From an uncultured Methanoregulaceae archaeon (GTDB lineage Archaea; Halobacteriota; Methanomicrobia; Methanomicrobiales; Methanospirillaceae), in NCBI GenBank assembly GCA_963701095.1, contig OY969564.1:1-64000 (forward strand): 64,000 nt of DNA, given 5' to 3'. The translations under genes were made by a program, and so were the position numbers. Under the pieces are notes generated by a model. It had not been told where the DNA came from. It ran no database searches and saw only the letters and a program-made list of their open reading frames with translations. Every line of letters starts with the position of its first letter. The stretch's first letter is position 1. Positions 63,372-64,000 of this stretch are shown here, piece after piece.

Positions 63372-64000
63372 ATGGATTTAGATAAAACCTGTTCATTTCC
63401 GAATAATCTGTTCGCAAGGAAATTGCGCTTTTTTGATACCACGCTACGGGACGGGGAACAGACCCCGGGGGTATCGTTGAACCCGGACCAGAAATTGGAG
63501 ATTGCAACCAGATTGGCAGCGGTAGGTGTCGATGTCATTGAGGCCGGCTCAGCGGCGGCATCAGCCGGGGAACAGGATGCGATCCGGCTCATCTCCGGTG
63601 CGGGGCTCCCGGTAGAAACGTGCACATTTGTCCGGGCAGTCCGATCCGATATCGATTATGCCGCTGACAACGGTGCCGATTCAGTCCATTTGGTAATACC
63701 GGTTAGCGACCTTCACATCGAAAAGAAGATGCGAAAAACCCGCGATCAGGTTGCAGAGATGGCCTGGAACTCGGTCGAGTACGCAAAAAGCCGGGGACTT
63801 ATTGTAGAACTTTCGGGAGAAGATGCTTCCCGGGCGGACCAGCAGTTCCTGTCCGCCGTTTTTTCCGGGGGAGTAGAGCGCGGTGCCGACCGGCTTTGTT
63901 TCTGTGACACGGTGGGTCTCCTGACGCCAGAGAAGATTGCGGAAATTATCCCGCCGCTTGCCGGCATCGCTCCGCTTTCGATCCACTGCCACGATGACCT
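63372..64000 (+). CDS. cimA: (R)-citramalate synthase (LeuA/CimA family), partial
   Basis: Hand translation: RFFDTTLRDGEQTPG, VIEAG, VELSGEDASRAD, RLCFCDTVG, IHCHDD. Runs off the window. CimA rather than LeuA is judged from the SGEDA/CDTVG pattern. Confidence 0.8.
   Translation, partial: MDLDKTCSFPNNLFARKLRFFDTTLRDGEQTPGVSLNPDQKLEIATRLAAVGVDVIEAGSAAASAGEQDAIRLISGAGLPVETCTFVRAVRSDIDYAADNGADSVHLVIPVSDLHIEKKMRKTRDQVAEMAWNSVEYAKSRGLIVELSGEDASRADQQFLSAVFSGGVERGADRLCFCDTVGLLTPEKIAEIIPPLAGIAPLSIHCHDD

Noticed and set aside
1..64000. tRNA/rRNA genes, CRISPR arrays, IS transposases; the many antisense ORFs in the track
   Set aside because: None of the first group recognised by eye. The antisense ORFs are shadows of well-supported genes.

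Overview
Archaeal chromosomal DNA, most consistent with a Methanomicrobiales methanogen (Methanoregula-like). The evidence is methanogenesis markers 2 and 4/MtxX, an archaeal histone, RFC-L, archaeal SAM synthetase, aMBF1, two PAN ATPases and the DKFP-type shikimate pathway. The left ~3.4 kb is the end of an integrated element (tyrosine integrase, RHH protein, NrS-1-like primase-polymerase). The rest is mostly housekeeping: his genes, a MoeA-PBP fusion, an ECF transporter, tpiA, a U32 peptidase, a complete aromatic amino acid cluster, a hybrid PAS histidine kinase, a ppk1-CHAD/HD-ppx cluster, a PKD/propeller surface protein and the start of cimA. About a dozen genes carry small frameshifts, mostly in homopolymers, which look like sequencing errors. 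Main finding: two unannotated short uORFs whose codons match the product of the downstream pathway. One is a Phe/Tyr/Trp-rich 23-aa peptide in front of the aro-tyrA-pheA operon, followed by a hairpin that buries the first gene's Shine-Dalgarno. The other is an Ile-rich 30-aa peptide in front of cimA, with alternative hairpins. Together they suggest ribosome-mediated (leader-peptide) attenuation in a methanogen. A palindromic operator (AGTTTCA-N5-TGAAAC) also occurs three times, twice at identical spacing to a TATA box. All family assignments come from motif recognition; no searches were run.
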